Shown here: positions 51,485 to 60,567 of the stretch, piece after piece | How the letters are laid out: every line of letters starts with the position of its first letter | Numbering within the stretch: the stretch's first letter is position 1 | DNA from: an uncultured Planctomycetia bacterium | GTDB lineage: Bacteria; Omnitrophota; Gorgyraeia; Duberdicusellales; 4484-171 | Direction of reading: 5' to 3' | Length of the DNA stretch: 64,000 nucleotides | Assembly: GCA_964536865.1 (NCBI GenBank) | Contig: CAZHYN010000001.1 | Coordinates: 16,195-80,194 of the forward strand | Notes under the pieces: model-generated | What the model was told of the DNA's origin: nothing | Databases searched by the model: none | What the model saw: the letters and a program-made list of their open reading frames with translations, nothing else | Translations under genes and position numbers: made by a program

Positions 51485-52300
51485 ATTTATACTGAATATT
51501 GGGGCCTAACCTGTAAGCCATTTGAAAATGTAGCTGATCCTAACTTTTTCTATTGTTCTTCCACTCATCGAGAGGCTTTAGCAAGGATGATTTATGCGGT
51601 AAGAGAGAGAAAGTTAGGATTTCTTCTATTGGGCAGATATGGTTTAGGCAAGACTTTTTTGAGCAAGGCCTTAGAGAAAGAGTGTTCCGATAGTAACTAT
51701 AGGTTTGTATCTATCTCCAATCCTCGACTTACTCCTTTAGAACTAGTTAAAGAAATCAGCTATCAGCTGGGAGTAGTTCCAGTAGATCAAAGTTGGACTA
51801 AGGTTGATTATCTTCATAAGATAAAAGAGACTTTGGAGAAAAATTACCAGGAAGGTTTCCATACTGTCATTATAATAGATGAAATGCAAAGTATTGAAAG
51901 TAACGAAGTACTTGAAGAAATAAGGCTATTTTTCAATTTGCAGAAAGAGGTTATCTTTTTTACTTTAATCCTTTTGGCCCAATTATCTTTTAAAGAAAAT
52001 TTAGAGAAGTTTCCTCACTTCAAACAAAGGATACCTATAAGATATGAACTGTCTCCTTTGGATGAAGGAGAAACAAAAAAGTATATAGAGTTCCGCTTAA
52101 AAAAAGCAGGTGCAGCTAAAGAGATTTTCTCTTCCAAGGCATGTAAGCAGATTTATGCTCTAAGTAAAGGAGTTCCTCGCTTGATAAATAATATTTGTGA
52201 CTTAGCTCTTTTAGCAGGGTACTTAGATAGTTTGGAAGTAATCAAAGAAGATACTATCCTTCAAATAGCTCAGGATCTGGGGGAGACACCAAATGATTGA
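51485..52300 (+). CDS. ExeA/GspA/MshM-like AAA ATPase, paralog 2 (probable ATT start)
   Basis: Walker A LLGRYGLGKTFL and Walker B IIIDEMQ. The frame is open from 51482, after an in-frame TGA; the upstream residues YTEYWGLTCKPFENVADPNFFY align with the N-terminus of the 43746 paralog (FKILGFDKEPFSTSPDPDFFY), so the real start lies before the track's ATG at 51587. SD GAGGGAGGTG (51471-51480) sits 4 nt before ATT at 51485. Confidence 0.7.
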   Translation: MYTEYWGLTCKPFENVADPNFFYCSSTHREALARMIYAVRERKLGFLLLGRYGLGKTFLSKALEKECSDSNYRFVSISNPRLTPLELVKEISYQLGVVPVDQSWTKVDYLHKIKETLEKNYQEGFHTVIIIDEMQSIESNEVLEEIRLFFNLQKEVIFFTLILLAQLSFKENLEKFPHFKQRIPIRYELSPLDEGETKKYIEFRLKKAGAAKEIFSSKACKQIYALSKGVPRLINNICDLALLAGYLDSLEVIKEDTILQIAQDLGETPND

Positions 52301-53309
52301 TTTTTCAAAAATTTTTGGAAACGGTAAAGATAAAGAGAAACCTTCATCCCCCATTCATTTTGCTAAGGAACCACCCAAAGAGAAACTGCCTTCTAAGAAG
52401 GAAGCAAAGAAAATTTCCGAGAAAGAAAAAATGTTAGGTGGTATAGATGTGAAGCTTCTATATAAGGAATCTCTTGTCTTAGCAGATAAAATTTTCAGCT
52501 CTTCCCAACCTATTTTACCGGAAGATGTAAAAGAAGTTAAGGAAATAGTTGAGAAAATTGTAGATTGTATAACTAGAGAGGGCGAACGGTTGGTTGAAAT
52601 CACCTTTAATAAGCTCCCCCAGGAGTACCACTTTATTTCTCTGAATATGGTTAACGTGTGTGTTCTATCTCTATATATAGGAATAGCCTTAGGTCTTTCT
52701 CGAGATAAGCTTATAGATCTAGGAATAGCTGCTCTCCTTCATGATTTAGGGATGAAAAAATATCAAAGTATAATTGATCAACCTCGAAAATTAACTCCCC
52801 AAGAGTATAAGGAAATAGAAAATCATCCTATTGTAACTGCCCAGATGCTTTCTCATCTTAAAGAGTTAAGCAGTAAAATCTTAGAGAGTATAAGTCAAGA
52901 ACATGAACGTATGGATGGCTCGGGTTATCCTAAAAATTTAAAGAAAGAAGAAATTGATGAGTTTGCACAAATAATGGCAGTAGTAGATGTTTATGAAGCT
53001 TTAACTCACTCTCGTCCCTATCGCGAGGCTTATAAACCCTCAGAGGCAATTAAAATTATGTTAGAGATGAAAGAAAGATTCAGCTATACAGTGATGAATG
53101 TTTTTTTAGAAAAAATAGGAATTTATCCTAAAGGAAGTTATGTAGAGCTTAACACAAGAGAGATAGCCCAGATAGTACGACAGAATCCTAAACTTCCTTG
53201 TTATCCGGTAATCAAAATAATTTACAATAGTAAAGGAGAAAAATTAGATGAGCCTAAAGAGGTAGATTTGAGCACTAACCCGACAGTTTATATTAGGAAG
53301 TGTCTATAA
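52293..53309 (+). CDS. HD-GYP domain protein (putative c-di-GMP phosphodiesterase)
   Basis: AALLHDLGM and HHERMDGSGYP motifs. Confidence 0.8.
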   Translation: MIDFSKIFGNGKDKEKPSSPIHFAKEPPKEKLPSKKEAKKISEKEKMLGGIDVKLLYKESLVLADKIFSSSQPILPEDVKEVKEIVEKIVDCITREGERLVEITFNKLPQEYHFISLNMVNVCVLSLYIGIALGLSRDKLIDLGIAALLHDLGMKKYQSIIDQPRKLTPQEYKEIENHPIVTAQMLSHLKELSSKILESISQEHERMDGSGYPKNLKKEEIDEFAQIMAVVDVYEALTHSRPYREAYKPSEAIKIMLEMKERFSYTVMNVFLEKIGIYPKGSYVELNTREIAQIVRQNPKLPCYPVIKIIYNSKGEKLDEPKEVDLSTNPTVYIRKCL

Positions 53310-53328
53310 ATTAAAAATTTCCCTTTTT

Positions 53329-54681
53329 ATGAAGAAATTTTCAGTATATATTTTAACAGCATTAATACTTTTTTCTCTTTATAATTTTGTGAAACTAAGG
53401 GTAGAGTTTTCTAATGAGAAAAAAAAAGGAGAGATGCTTAGTCAAAGATTAAAAGAAGCCGAAAGAGAGTCTCAACACCTAAAAGAGCTAATAAATAGTA
53501 GGGAGAAGGAGATAGATAAATTAAAGAGAGAATTAGAGGAACTTAAGTTTCCTCAGCGTCTAAAGAACGCCCTTGCTCAAGCGCAGGACCTTATAAGAAA
53601 ACTGAACGATGATTTAAGTAACTTAAGAAGAGAAAAAACTCGCTTGGAGAAGGAAAATTTTTCCCTTAAAGAGAGAATAGAGCTTAGTAACAAACGAATT
53701 ACTCAATTACTTGCTCAACTGGAGGAGGTAAGAGACAAATTTGAAGTTAGCAAGAAAGAAAGAGGTAGAGTTATAGCAAGAGAAATTACCAGATTGAAGA
53801 AAGCGTTAGAGGAGAAAGACAAGGAAACAGAGGATTTAAGAAAGGATTTAGAGAGGTATAAAGAGAAAGCTTCAGATTTAGAAAGAAAGGCCAAGTTCTT
53901 AAGAGCTCAACTTACTAAAGTTAAAAGAGGATTTTCTAAAGATACTTCAGATAGAAAGAGAGTGAAGCAATTAATGGCTTCTTTGGAGAGGGTAAATAGA
54001 GAAAAAGATACACTTTCTGCGGAGGTTAGACAACTTAGGTTAGAGAGAGAACAGCTACAGAGAAAAATTGATGAATTGTCCAAACTTAATCAAGATTTAC
54101 AGCATCAGGTGAGCCAACTTAAAAAGCAAATAGAGGAAAAAGAAGAGCAGATAGTTAGTCTAGAGAAGAAAATTAAGAAAGGTGTCTCTTCAGTTGATAC
54201 AGAGACAAGACTCCTAAGAGCTAGACTAGCTCTCCAGAAAGAGGAATTTCAAAAAGTAAATACTCTCTATCAAGAACTAAAAGAGCAACTGAAAGATTTA
54301 GCAAAGATTATCTCTGATAAAGAACAAGAGATAGAAAGTAAAGATAAAGAGATAGCTAGATTAAATCAGGAAATTTCTTATTTAAAACTTAGATTAGTAG
54401 ATTTAGAAGATAGGTTGAAGGAGACACAGAGTATTCAGGACGAAGTTTTAAGAAGGTTTTCTGAAGTAGTAGAATTAAATTCTGCTCTTCAAGAAAAGTT
54501 AGGGACGATTTCTACTTTTTTAGGTAAGCCCAGGGTTAAGAAGAAAACAACCTTAAGAGAAGAATTAACTTTACCTGAAGAACCAGAAGTAGTAAGTTCT
54601 TCGGAAGGGGGGGAGAAGGAGCGAGTAGAAAGTTTAAAGAAGCAGGTAGAAGTTATCCTTCATGAAAGTTCACAGGAATAG
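53329..54681 (+). CDS. Membrane-anchored long coiled-coil protein
   Basis: N-terminal TM then about 400 aa of K/E/L/R heptad-like repeats; no catalytic motifs. Confidence 0.55.
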   Translation: MKKFSVYILTALILFSLYNFVKLRVEFSNEKKKGEMLSQRLKEAERESQHLKELINSREKEIDKLKRELEELKFPQRLKNALAQAQDLIRKLNDDLSNLRREKTRLEKENFSLKERIELSNKRITQLLAQLEEVRDKFEVSKKERGRVIAREITRLKKALEEKDKETEDLRKDLERYKEKASDLERKAKFLRAQLTKVKRGFSKDTSDRKRVKQLMASLERVNREKDTLSAEVRQLRLEREQLQRKIDELSKLNQDLQHQVSQLKKQIEEKEEQIVSLEKKIKKGVSSVDTETRLLRARLALQKEEFQKVNTLYQELKEQLKDLAKIISDKEQEIESKDKEIARLNQEISYLKLRLVDLEDRLKETQSIQDEVLRRFSEVVELNSALQEKLGTISTFLGKPRVKKKTTLREELTLPEEPEVVSSSEGGEKERVESLKKQVEVILHESSQE

Positions 54682-55537
54682 TTTTCTCTGGATAAAAACT
54701 TTTTTAAAACTACCACTAAAGATTATCTTTCTTTTAAGTGTAGGGGGAATTTTACTTTTTTCCTATGCCAGCTATTCTAAAACTCCTCAAGAAGAGGCTA
54801 AGGAGCATTATCGCTTAGGGGAGATTTATTACCAGCATGGTCTTTATAAGGAAGCAGAAAGAGAATTTAAGAAAGCCTTACAGTTGCTCAAAAGAGAAGT
54901 TCCTTTGGAAGAGGAAGGGTCATTTCAAAAAGAGGGGAAACCTCCCTCTCCTTCTGAGGAATCTCAGTATATTATCTCCCCGGGCGATGTTCTTTATATA
55001 AGTGTGTGGGAGAATCCTGATTTGACTGGGGAGGTTATCGTACGCCCCGATGGGATGATTTCTTTCCCTCTTATAGATGAGGTAAAAGCAGCTGGGTTAA
55101 CTATATCTGAGTTAGATAAAGAGATGACTGAAATGCTTAAGGAATATATTCGTTTCCCTGACGTTTCTATCTCTCTAAGAGCAATGGGGGGTCAAAGGGT
55201 AATTATTCTCGGAGAAGTAAAAAGTCCTGGAGTTTACTCTTTAAAAGGGAGAAAAACTGTTTTAGAGGCAGTAGCTTTGGCAGGAGGATTTACTAAGGAC
55301 GCAGTTTTAAACAGTGTAATAGTAATAAAAGGAGGGCTCAAAAACCCCCATCCTAAACGGGTAGATTTAGCCAGCGCTCTTAAAAAAGGAAAGATGAAAG
55401 AAGATATTGTGTTAGACTCTCAAGATATAGTCTTTGTTCCAAAAAAGTTTATTGCTGATTTAAATTATTTTTTAACTCAGATTTTGGGTCCTATATCCCG
55501 AGGAGTTTATACTGCCAAGGAAATTCAACGCTGGTAA
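54662..55537 (+). CDS. Polysaccharide export protein (Wza-like)
   Basis: Signal/TM, TPR-like helix, and Poly_export motif region (SPGDVLYISVWENPDLTGEVIVRPDGMISFPLIDEVKAAGLTISEL) followed by SLBB-like segments. Confidence 0.7.
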   Translation: MKVHRNSFLWIKTFLKLPLKIIFLLSVGGILLFSYASYSKTPQEEAKEHYRLGEIYYQHGLYKEAEREFKKALQLLKREVPLEEEGSFQKEGKPPSPSEESQYIISPGDVLYISVWENPDLTGEVIVRPDGMISFPLIDEVKAAGLTISELDKEMTEMLKEYIRFPDVSISLRAMGGQRVIILGEVKSPGVYSLKGRKTVLEAVALAGGFTKDAVLNSVIVIKGGLKNPHPKRVDLASALKKGKMKEDIVLDSQDIVFVPKKFIADLNYFLTQILGPISRGVYTAKEIQRW

Positions 55538-55570
55538 ATCGGGATAGGATCGCCTGATTCTGTAAAGATT

Positions 55571-55867
55571 GTGATGAGTTTTTGGCAGAAAAAATATAAA
55601 AAGAATCCCAATATGGTATTTAGAAAGATTGCTGATGAGGTAATTTTAGTGCCCATAAGAAATAAAGTAGGTGATTTACAGAGTATCTATACCTTGAATG
55701 AAGTTGGTGCACGTATATGGAAGTTAATTAATGGAAAGAGAGAATTAGCCAAGATTAAGGAGATTCTTTTGGAGGAGTTCAGCGTCGATGTTCCTCGAGT
55801 TGAAGAAGATTTAAAAGCATTTGTACAGAAATTAGAAAGAATAGGAGCAGTAGAGGAAGTTAAGTAG
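55571..55867 (+). CDS. PqqD-family peptide-binding protein (RiPP recognition element)
   Basis: 98 aa; PqqD-like pattern (VFRKIADEVILVP...YTLNEVGARIWKLINGKRELAKIKEILLEEF). Confidence 0.75.
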   Translation: MMSFWQKKYKKNPNMVFRKIADEVILVPIRNKVGDLQSIYTLNEVGARIWKLINGKRELAKIKEILLEEFSVDVPRVEEDLKAFVQKLERIGAVEEVK

Positions 55868-55873
55868 CATAAT

Positions 55874-56995
55874 ATGGAGTGTATTTATATACCTAAGATT
55901 TCTTATAGGGAGTTTAGTGAATCAATTCACAGGAAAGTAGGAGAAAAACGAATTCCCCTTAATGGATCTATAGAGGTTACTTTGCGTTGTAACTTAAGAT
56001 GTCTACATTGTTACTGTAGTTACAACTCTCAAAAAAAAGAATTAAGTTATAAAGATTTCTGTCGTATTTTTGACGAGATTGCTGATATGGGGTGTTTGTG
56101 GCTGCTTATTACAGGAGGAGAGCCACTCTTAAGAGAGGATTTTTTAAAAATTTATACTTACGCTAAAAAGAAAGGATTTATTATAACACTTTTTACTAAT
56201 GCAACCTTACTTACCCCTTCCATTGTGGATTGTTTAAAAGATTATCCTCCTTTTGCGGTGGAGGTTACTTTGTATGGAATAACTAAATCTACTTATGAGA
56301 AAATTACTCGTATTCCTGGTTCATTTAACCGATGTATAGAAGGTATTCATCTTCTTTTAGAAAGAAAAATTCCTCTTAGGTTAAAAACAGTGGTGATGAA
56401 TTTAAATAAACACGAGCTTTTCAAGATAAAGAGATTTGCCGAAAATTTGGGAGTAGAGTTTAGATTTGACCCTCTTATTAACCCTAAATTAGATGGCTCT
56501 AAAGAACCTTGCAAGTTGAGAATTTCGCCACAAGAAGTTATTGAGCTTGATTTAATGGATAAAAAAAGAAAAGAAGCATGGGAGGAGTTCTGTAAAAAAT
56601 TTCCTTCGCCTATAAACTCAGAATGGCTTTACAGTTGTAGTGCAGGAAGAACTTCTTTCCACATAGATCCCTATGGAAATTTAAGTATTTGTATTATTGA
56701 AAGGTTCCATACCTACAATCTTTTAAAGGGCACATTTAAGGAAGGATGGGAAACTTTTATCCCTGAAAAAATACTCAGTCTTAAAAAAGATAATAGATAC
56801 GAATGCAATCAGTGCCAGTTAAGAGACTTATGCGATCGTTGTCCTGGGTGGTCACAGCTTGAAGCAGGTAACCCTCAGGAAGTGGTAGATTATCTTTGTC
56901 AGATAGCTCATCTAAGAGCCAAAGTGTTTGGTTTTGGCAGAGAAAGAAAGGAGGGGGAGAAAGATGAAAAAGAGAGAAAAAAAATTCTACTCTAA
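55874..56995 (+). CDS. Radical SAM protein with C-terminal SPASM domain
   Basis: CNLRCLHCY (CxxxCxxC) at the N-terminus; C-terminal Cys cluster (CSAGR...CNQCQLRDLCDRCPGW). Confidence 0.8.
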   Translation: MECIYIPKISYREFSESIHRKVGEKRIPLNGSIEVTLRCNLRCLHCYCSYNSQKKELSYKDFCRIFDEIADMGCLWLLITGGEPLLREDFLKIYTYAKKKGFIITLFTNATLLTPSIVDCLKDYPPFAVEVTLYGITKSTYEKITRIPGSFNRCIEGIHLLLERKIPLRLKTVVMNLNKHELFKIKRFAENLGVEFRFDPLINPKLDGSKEPCKLRISPQEVIELDLMDKKRKEAWEEFCKKFPSPINSEWLYSCSAGRTSFHIDPYGNLSICIIERFHTYNLLKGTFKEGWETFIPEKILSLKKDNRYECNQCQLRDLCDRCPGWSQLEAGNPQEVVDYLCQIAHLRAKVFGFGRERKEGEKDEKERKKILL

Positions 56996-57137
56996 ACCTC
57001 AGATAAAAGAAGTTAATTTAGTGCCTCAAGAAGCAGTCCTTCTTGGTTGTAAAACTACAGCTGATCCCAGTGGGAGAACAGTTGGGCGGAATAATTGTGG
57101 TAACAGAGATAACTTTTGTCAAACCGCGGTAAGTTAG
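56964..57137 (+). CDS. Candidate RiPP precursor peptide (57 aa, 3 Cys, C-terminal Ser)
   Basis: MKKREKKFYSKPQIKEVNLVPQEAVLLGCKTTADPSGRTVGRNNCGNRDNFCQTAVS; strong SD GGAGGGGGAG (56951-56960) then ATG; overlaps the 3' end of the rSAM gene in another frame; charged leader-like N-terminus with a Cys/Gly/Asn/Thr-rich C-terminal core. Confidence 0.45.
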   Translation: MKKREKKFYSKPQIKEVNLVPQEAVLLGCKTTADPSGRTVGRNNCGNRDNFCQTAVS

Positions 57138-57166
57138 TTGTAATAAGTTAACTTTATTTAGTAAGG

Positions 57167-58039
57167 ATGCTAAAGGTAGAAATAGGGGGAGTGGCTATTT
57201 CTCTTTCTTTTGTAGATGGTAAAGGTTGGATACCTCAAGTTAGTAAAGCAATGCATTCTTTTCTTACTAGGAGAAAAAGGTTCGATTTAGCTCTTAAGGT
57301 TCACTGCGGTTTTCTTCCCCATCTGAATGTAAAGAGAGTTGTGTTTAATTCGGGAGGAAACTGGACTCTTTTTAAGGATAGAAATAATAGATTAGTTTTT
57401 TCTCTTACTTCCCCTGCTACCGGTCCTCATCCTTATGCTTTGGCAGTTGTTGATTCTCAATTTAAAGTAGGGAATTTATACCTTAGAGAGCCAAATTACT
57501 TTCTTTCTAAAAAAGCTATTGTGAATCCTTTAGAGTACCCCTTAGATGAGGTTTTAGTAGTGCATCTTCTCTCAAGAAATAGAGGAATACTTCTTCATGG
57601 ATGCGGAATTAAATACAAAGGAGAGGGGCTACTTTTTTTAGGAACTTCGGGAAGAGGAAAAAGCACCATTGCCAATCTTTGGAAGGAAGAGAAAGAAGTC
57701 GCCATTTTAAGTGACGATAGAATTGTTGTCCGCAAGAAAGGCTCCAATTTCTGGATATATGGTACTCCCTGGCACGGAGATGCAAAATTATGTTCTCCTC
57801 AGAAAGTAGTTCTAAAGAAGATATTTTTTCTTAAGCACGGCAAGAAAAATTCGCTTAAAAAGATGAAGTTAAGTGAAATAATTTCTCAGTTAGTTGTCTG
57901 TTCTTTCCCTCCTTTTTGGGATAAGAAAGGTATGAAGTTTATCTTAAGTTTTTGTTCTGATTTAGCAAAAGTTCCTTCTTATGAGCTAAATTTCCTACCT
58001 AACAGGAGTGTTTTGGATCTTATCAAACGTAAGGTGTGA
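57167..58039 (+). CDS. HPr kinase-like (HprK C-terminal domain-related) putative Ser kinase
   Basis: P-loop GLLFLGTSGRGKSTIANLW followed by LSDDRIVV and GTPWHGD, as in the HprK/P C-domain. Confidence 0.65.
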   Translation: MLKVEIGGVAISLSFVDGKGWIPQVSKAMHSFLTRRKRFDLALKVHCGFLPHLNVKRVVFNSGGNWTLFKDRNNRLVFSLTSPATGPHPYALAVVDSQFKVGNLYLREPNYFLSKKAIVNPLEYPLDEVLVVHLLSRNRGILLHGCGIKYKGEGLLFLGTSGRGKSTIANLWKEEKEVAILSDDRIVVRKKGSNFWIYGTPWHGDAKLCSPQKVVLKKIFFLKHGKKNSLKKMKLSEIISQLVVCSFPPFWDKKGMKFILSFCSDLAKVPSYELNFLPNRSVLDLIKRKV

Positions 58040-58536
58040 AGTGCCAAAATTCTGAATTTTTAAAGTTAAGTAAGGATATATTAGAGAAAGGGTTTTCTCT
58101 TCGCTTTCAGGTAAGGGGGGCAAGTATGTACCCTTTTATCAAAAGCGGTGATACCGTGGAAATAGAGCCAAAGAATATCTCCAAAATAAACTATGCGGAT
58201 ATTATCCTTTACGCCAATTACGAAGGAAAAATTGTAATCCATCGAGTAGTAAAAAAAATCAAGAAGAATAATGAAACTATCCTAGCAACTAGAGGAGACT
58301 TTCTGCCACCTTCCTTAAGAGAGTTTGTTCCTTCAGAGAAAGTATTAGGTAAAGTTGTAGTTATTAGAAAGGCAAATAGGATGTTTAGAATAGATAGGGG
58401 ATTTTTAAGGCTGTTGAATATTGTATATACCAAACTTTTACCTATTATTAGGTGGGGACATAGTTTTGGTGCCAAACTGCTAAAGTTTACCCCGAGCCAC
58501 AGAAAGTTACCTGTGACATTACATCGGGGTGGATAA
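58036..58536 (+). CDS. S26/S24-family (signal peptidase I / LexA-like) serine peptidase
   Basis: GASMYPFIKSGD matches the catalytic Ser box (GDSMxP-like); candidate Lys at IVIHRVVKK. Confidence 0.6.
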   Translation: MKCQNSEFLKLSKDILEKGFSLRFQVRGASMYPFIKSGDTVEIEPKNISKINYADIILYANYEGKIVIHRVVKKIKKNNETILATRGDFLPPSLREFVPSEKVLGKVVVIRKANRMFRIDRGFLRLLNIVYTKLLPIIRWGHSFGAKLLKFTPSHRKLPVTLHRGG

Positions 58537-58576
58537 ATGTCTATCCAAATACCTCCAAGCATAATTTCAAAGCAAT

Positions 58577-59731
58577 ATGCGATTGTTATATCGGGGTGGC
58601 CGGGGTTTACTAAAGCAAATTAAAAATATTATGAGGGGAGGGGATAACTTTATTACTGTATTGAGCTGTTCTATCTGGAATAAGGAGAAAAGTGGAGAGA
58701 TAGAGGAAGTAATAAAGAATAATTTAGATTGGGATTATGTATTAAGGAAATCCCGTAAAGAGGGGGTTTCTTCTTTGATTTATTATTGCTTAAAGAAATT
58801 CGAGTTACAAAAATATTTGCCTTTTAAGACCTTAAAAACCTTAGAGGAAGCCTATTATAAAAATTCTCTAAGGAATATTATTATGATTAGTGAAACAAAA
58901 AAGGTATTAGAATCTTTTAAAAAAGAAGGTATAGAATCAATTATTCTTAAAGGAGTTTTCTTGGCAGAGAAAATTTATAGGAATATTGCTTTGAGAGAGA
59001 TGACAGATGTTGATATTCTAATAAGGAGAAAAAATGTCAAGAAAGCAAATAGAATTTTAAATTCTCTAGGATACCCAACTCCGAAATACTATGAAGATCT
59101 TTTGAAAATATCTTCTTCCCTTAATACTTTAATGTATAAAGGTAATATACGAGTCCATCTTCACTGGCATCTTATAAATTCAACTTGGCCTTTAAACTTT
59201 TTAATAGAAAAAATTAGTATAGAAAGAATCTTTGAATACGCCAAACCTATAAAGATTGATACTTTAGATACTCTAACTTTGTCCAATGAGCATCTTTTAA
59301 TTTACCTTTGCTATCATCTTTTTAATCACTCTTTTGACAGGCTGATTCTTCTGGTAGATATTCTCGGCTTGTTAAATTCTTATAGTATTGACTGGAATTT
59401 TGTTATAGAAGAGGCAGAACGTTTTAAGCTTTCATTTATTCTCTATTATGTTTTATCTTTTATATCTCAAAAAAAGGAAGAAAAGGTTCCTTACTTAGAA
59501 AGATTGAAACCATCTAAATCTTATCTCAAAAAACTTCCTCCTTCTTCTTTTACTTCTTATTTTATATACCTTCTTCTTCAAAAGGGATTTAAAAAGAAGA
59601 TAAAGTTCCTTATAAATACCATTTTCCCTCCTCCCTGTGTAGTAGCTCATAGTTTCTCCATTTCTCCAAAGGAAGTAACCAGAGCTCATTATTTTTTTCG
59701 TCTTATTAAACCTTTTCTTAAATTCTTCTAA
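58577..59731 (+). CDS. PF14907-type nucleotidyltransferase family protein
   Basis: MTDVDILIRR nucleotidyltransferase motif; 384 aa; this family is often linked to HprK-like kinases and PqqD in lasso-type loci; the true start may be the downstream Met at about 58631. Confidence 0.6.
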   Translation: MRLLYRGGRGLLKQIKNIMRGGDNFITVLSCSIWNKEKSGEIEEVIKNNLDWDYVLRKSRKEGVSSLIYYCLKKFELQKYLPFKTLKTLEEAYYKNSLRNIIMISETKKVLESFKKEGIESIILKGVFLAEKIYRNIALREMTDVDILIRRKNVKKANRILNSLGYPTPKYYEDLLKISSSLNTLMYKGNIRVHLHWHLINSTWPLNFLIEKISIERIFEYAKPIKIDTLDTLTLSNEHLLIYLCYHLFNHSFDRLILLVDILGLLNSYSIDWNFVIEEAERFKLSFILYYVLSFISQKKEEKVPYLERLKPSKSYLKKLPPSSFTSYFIYLLLQKGFKKKIKFLINTIFPPPCVVAHSFSISPKEVTRAHYFFRLIKPFLKFF

Positions 59732-59754
59732 GATGTTATCAATTGTTTTTCTTT

Positions 59755-60567
59755 TTAGGAGTAAAGGAGACTGCCGTGTTTTTTAGCTTGCCTTAGAGCT
59801 AATTTAAAGGAAAGGAGAGCTATGGGAAGGAGGATAAGAAAGAAGAGAGTGAGGCAGGCTATTTCAACTTTTACTTCTTTTAGAGAAGCCCCCATAGCTA
59901 TACTCTTCCTCATACCTCTTAAAGCATAGGTTATAGGTAGAAGGTAGGAAATTTTTTGTAACACTTGCGGTAATACCTTAATAGGAAAGTAAACTCCTCC
60001 TAAAAATCTTGAAATCCCATTTAATACCCAATTAATAGGGTTTCCTCTCTTAAACACAAGAATGAAGCTTGCTGATAGAACTCCTAAGGCACTGAAAGAG
60101 AGAATGGTTAAGAGTAAAATTACTAGGGAGGAGATGAGATTTATCTTACTTAGATTGAATCCAAAAATAAGCCACCCTAAAAAAAGATACACCATTACCC
60201 TTAAAGATACAAAGAAAAAGTTCCATACCGCTCCTAAAAGTAAAATAGTACCAATACTAGTAGGAGACATAAGAAGGATTTCTAATGTTCCTTCGGACTG
60301 TTCATAGTGGATGACTTGGCTGAAACTATTTAGGGCAGCGGAGAGATATCCACTGAAGGCAAGTCCAATTAAGACAAAGGAAAAGTAGTCCCCTCCAAAT
60401 TCTTCTAAGTATTTAGAAGCTCCCTCTCCAAATAGCTTGGAGACGAAAAAGAAAGTAGCAACCGAGGCAAAAATAGAGATAAAATCTAAGAGGAAAGACA
60501 AACGGTAGCTTGAATTAATAAGAAAATCTCTCTTTAAAAAAGCAAGTAGCTTCCTAAGAAATATCAT
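59755..60567 (-). CDS. ABC-2 type transporter permease
   Basis: 270 aa with 6 TM segments; translationally coupled to the upstream ATPase. Confidence 0.75.
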   Translation of the reverse strand: MIFLRKLLAFLKRDFLINSSYRLSFLLDFISIFASVATFFFVSKLFGEGASKYLEEFGGDYFSFVLIGLAFSGYLSAALNSFSQVIHYEQSEGTLEILLMSPTSIGTILLLGAVWNFFFVSLRVMVYLFLGWLIFGFNLSKINLISSLVILLLTILSFSALGVLSASFILVFKRGNPINWVLNGISRFLGGVYFPIKVLPQVLQKISYLLPITYALRGMRKSIAMGASLKEVKVEIACLTLFFLILLPIALLSFKLALRQAKKHGSLLYS

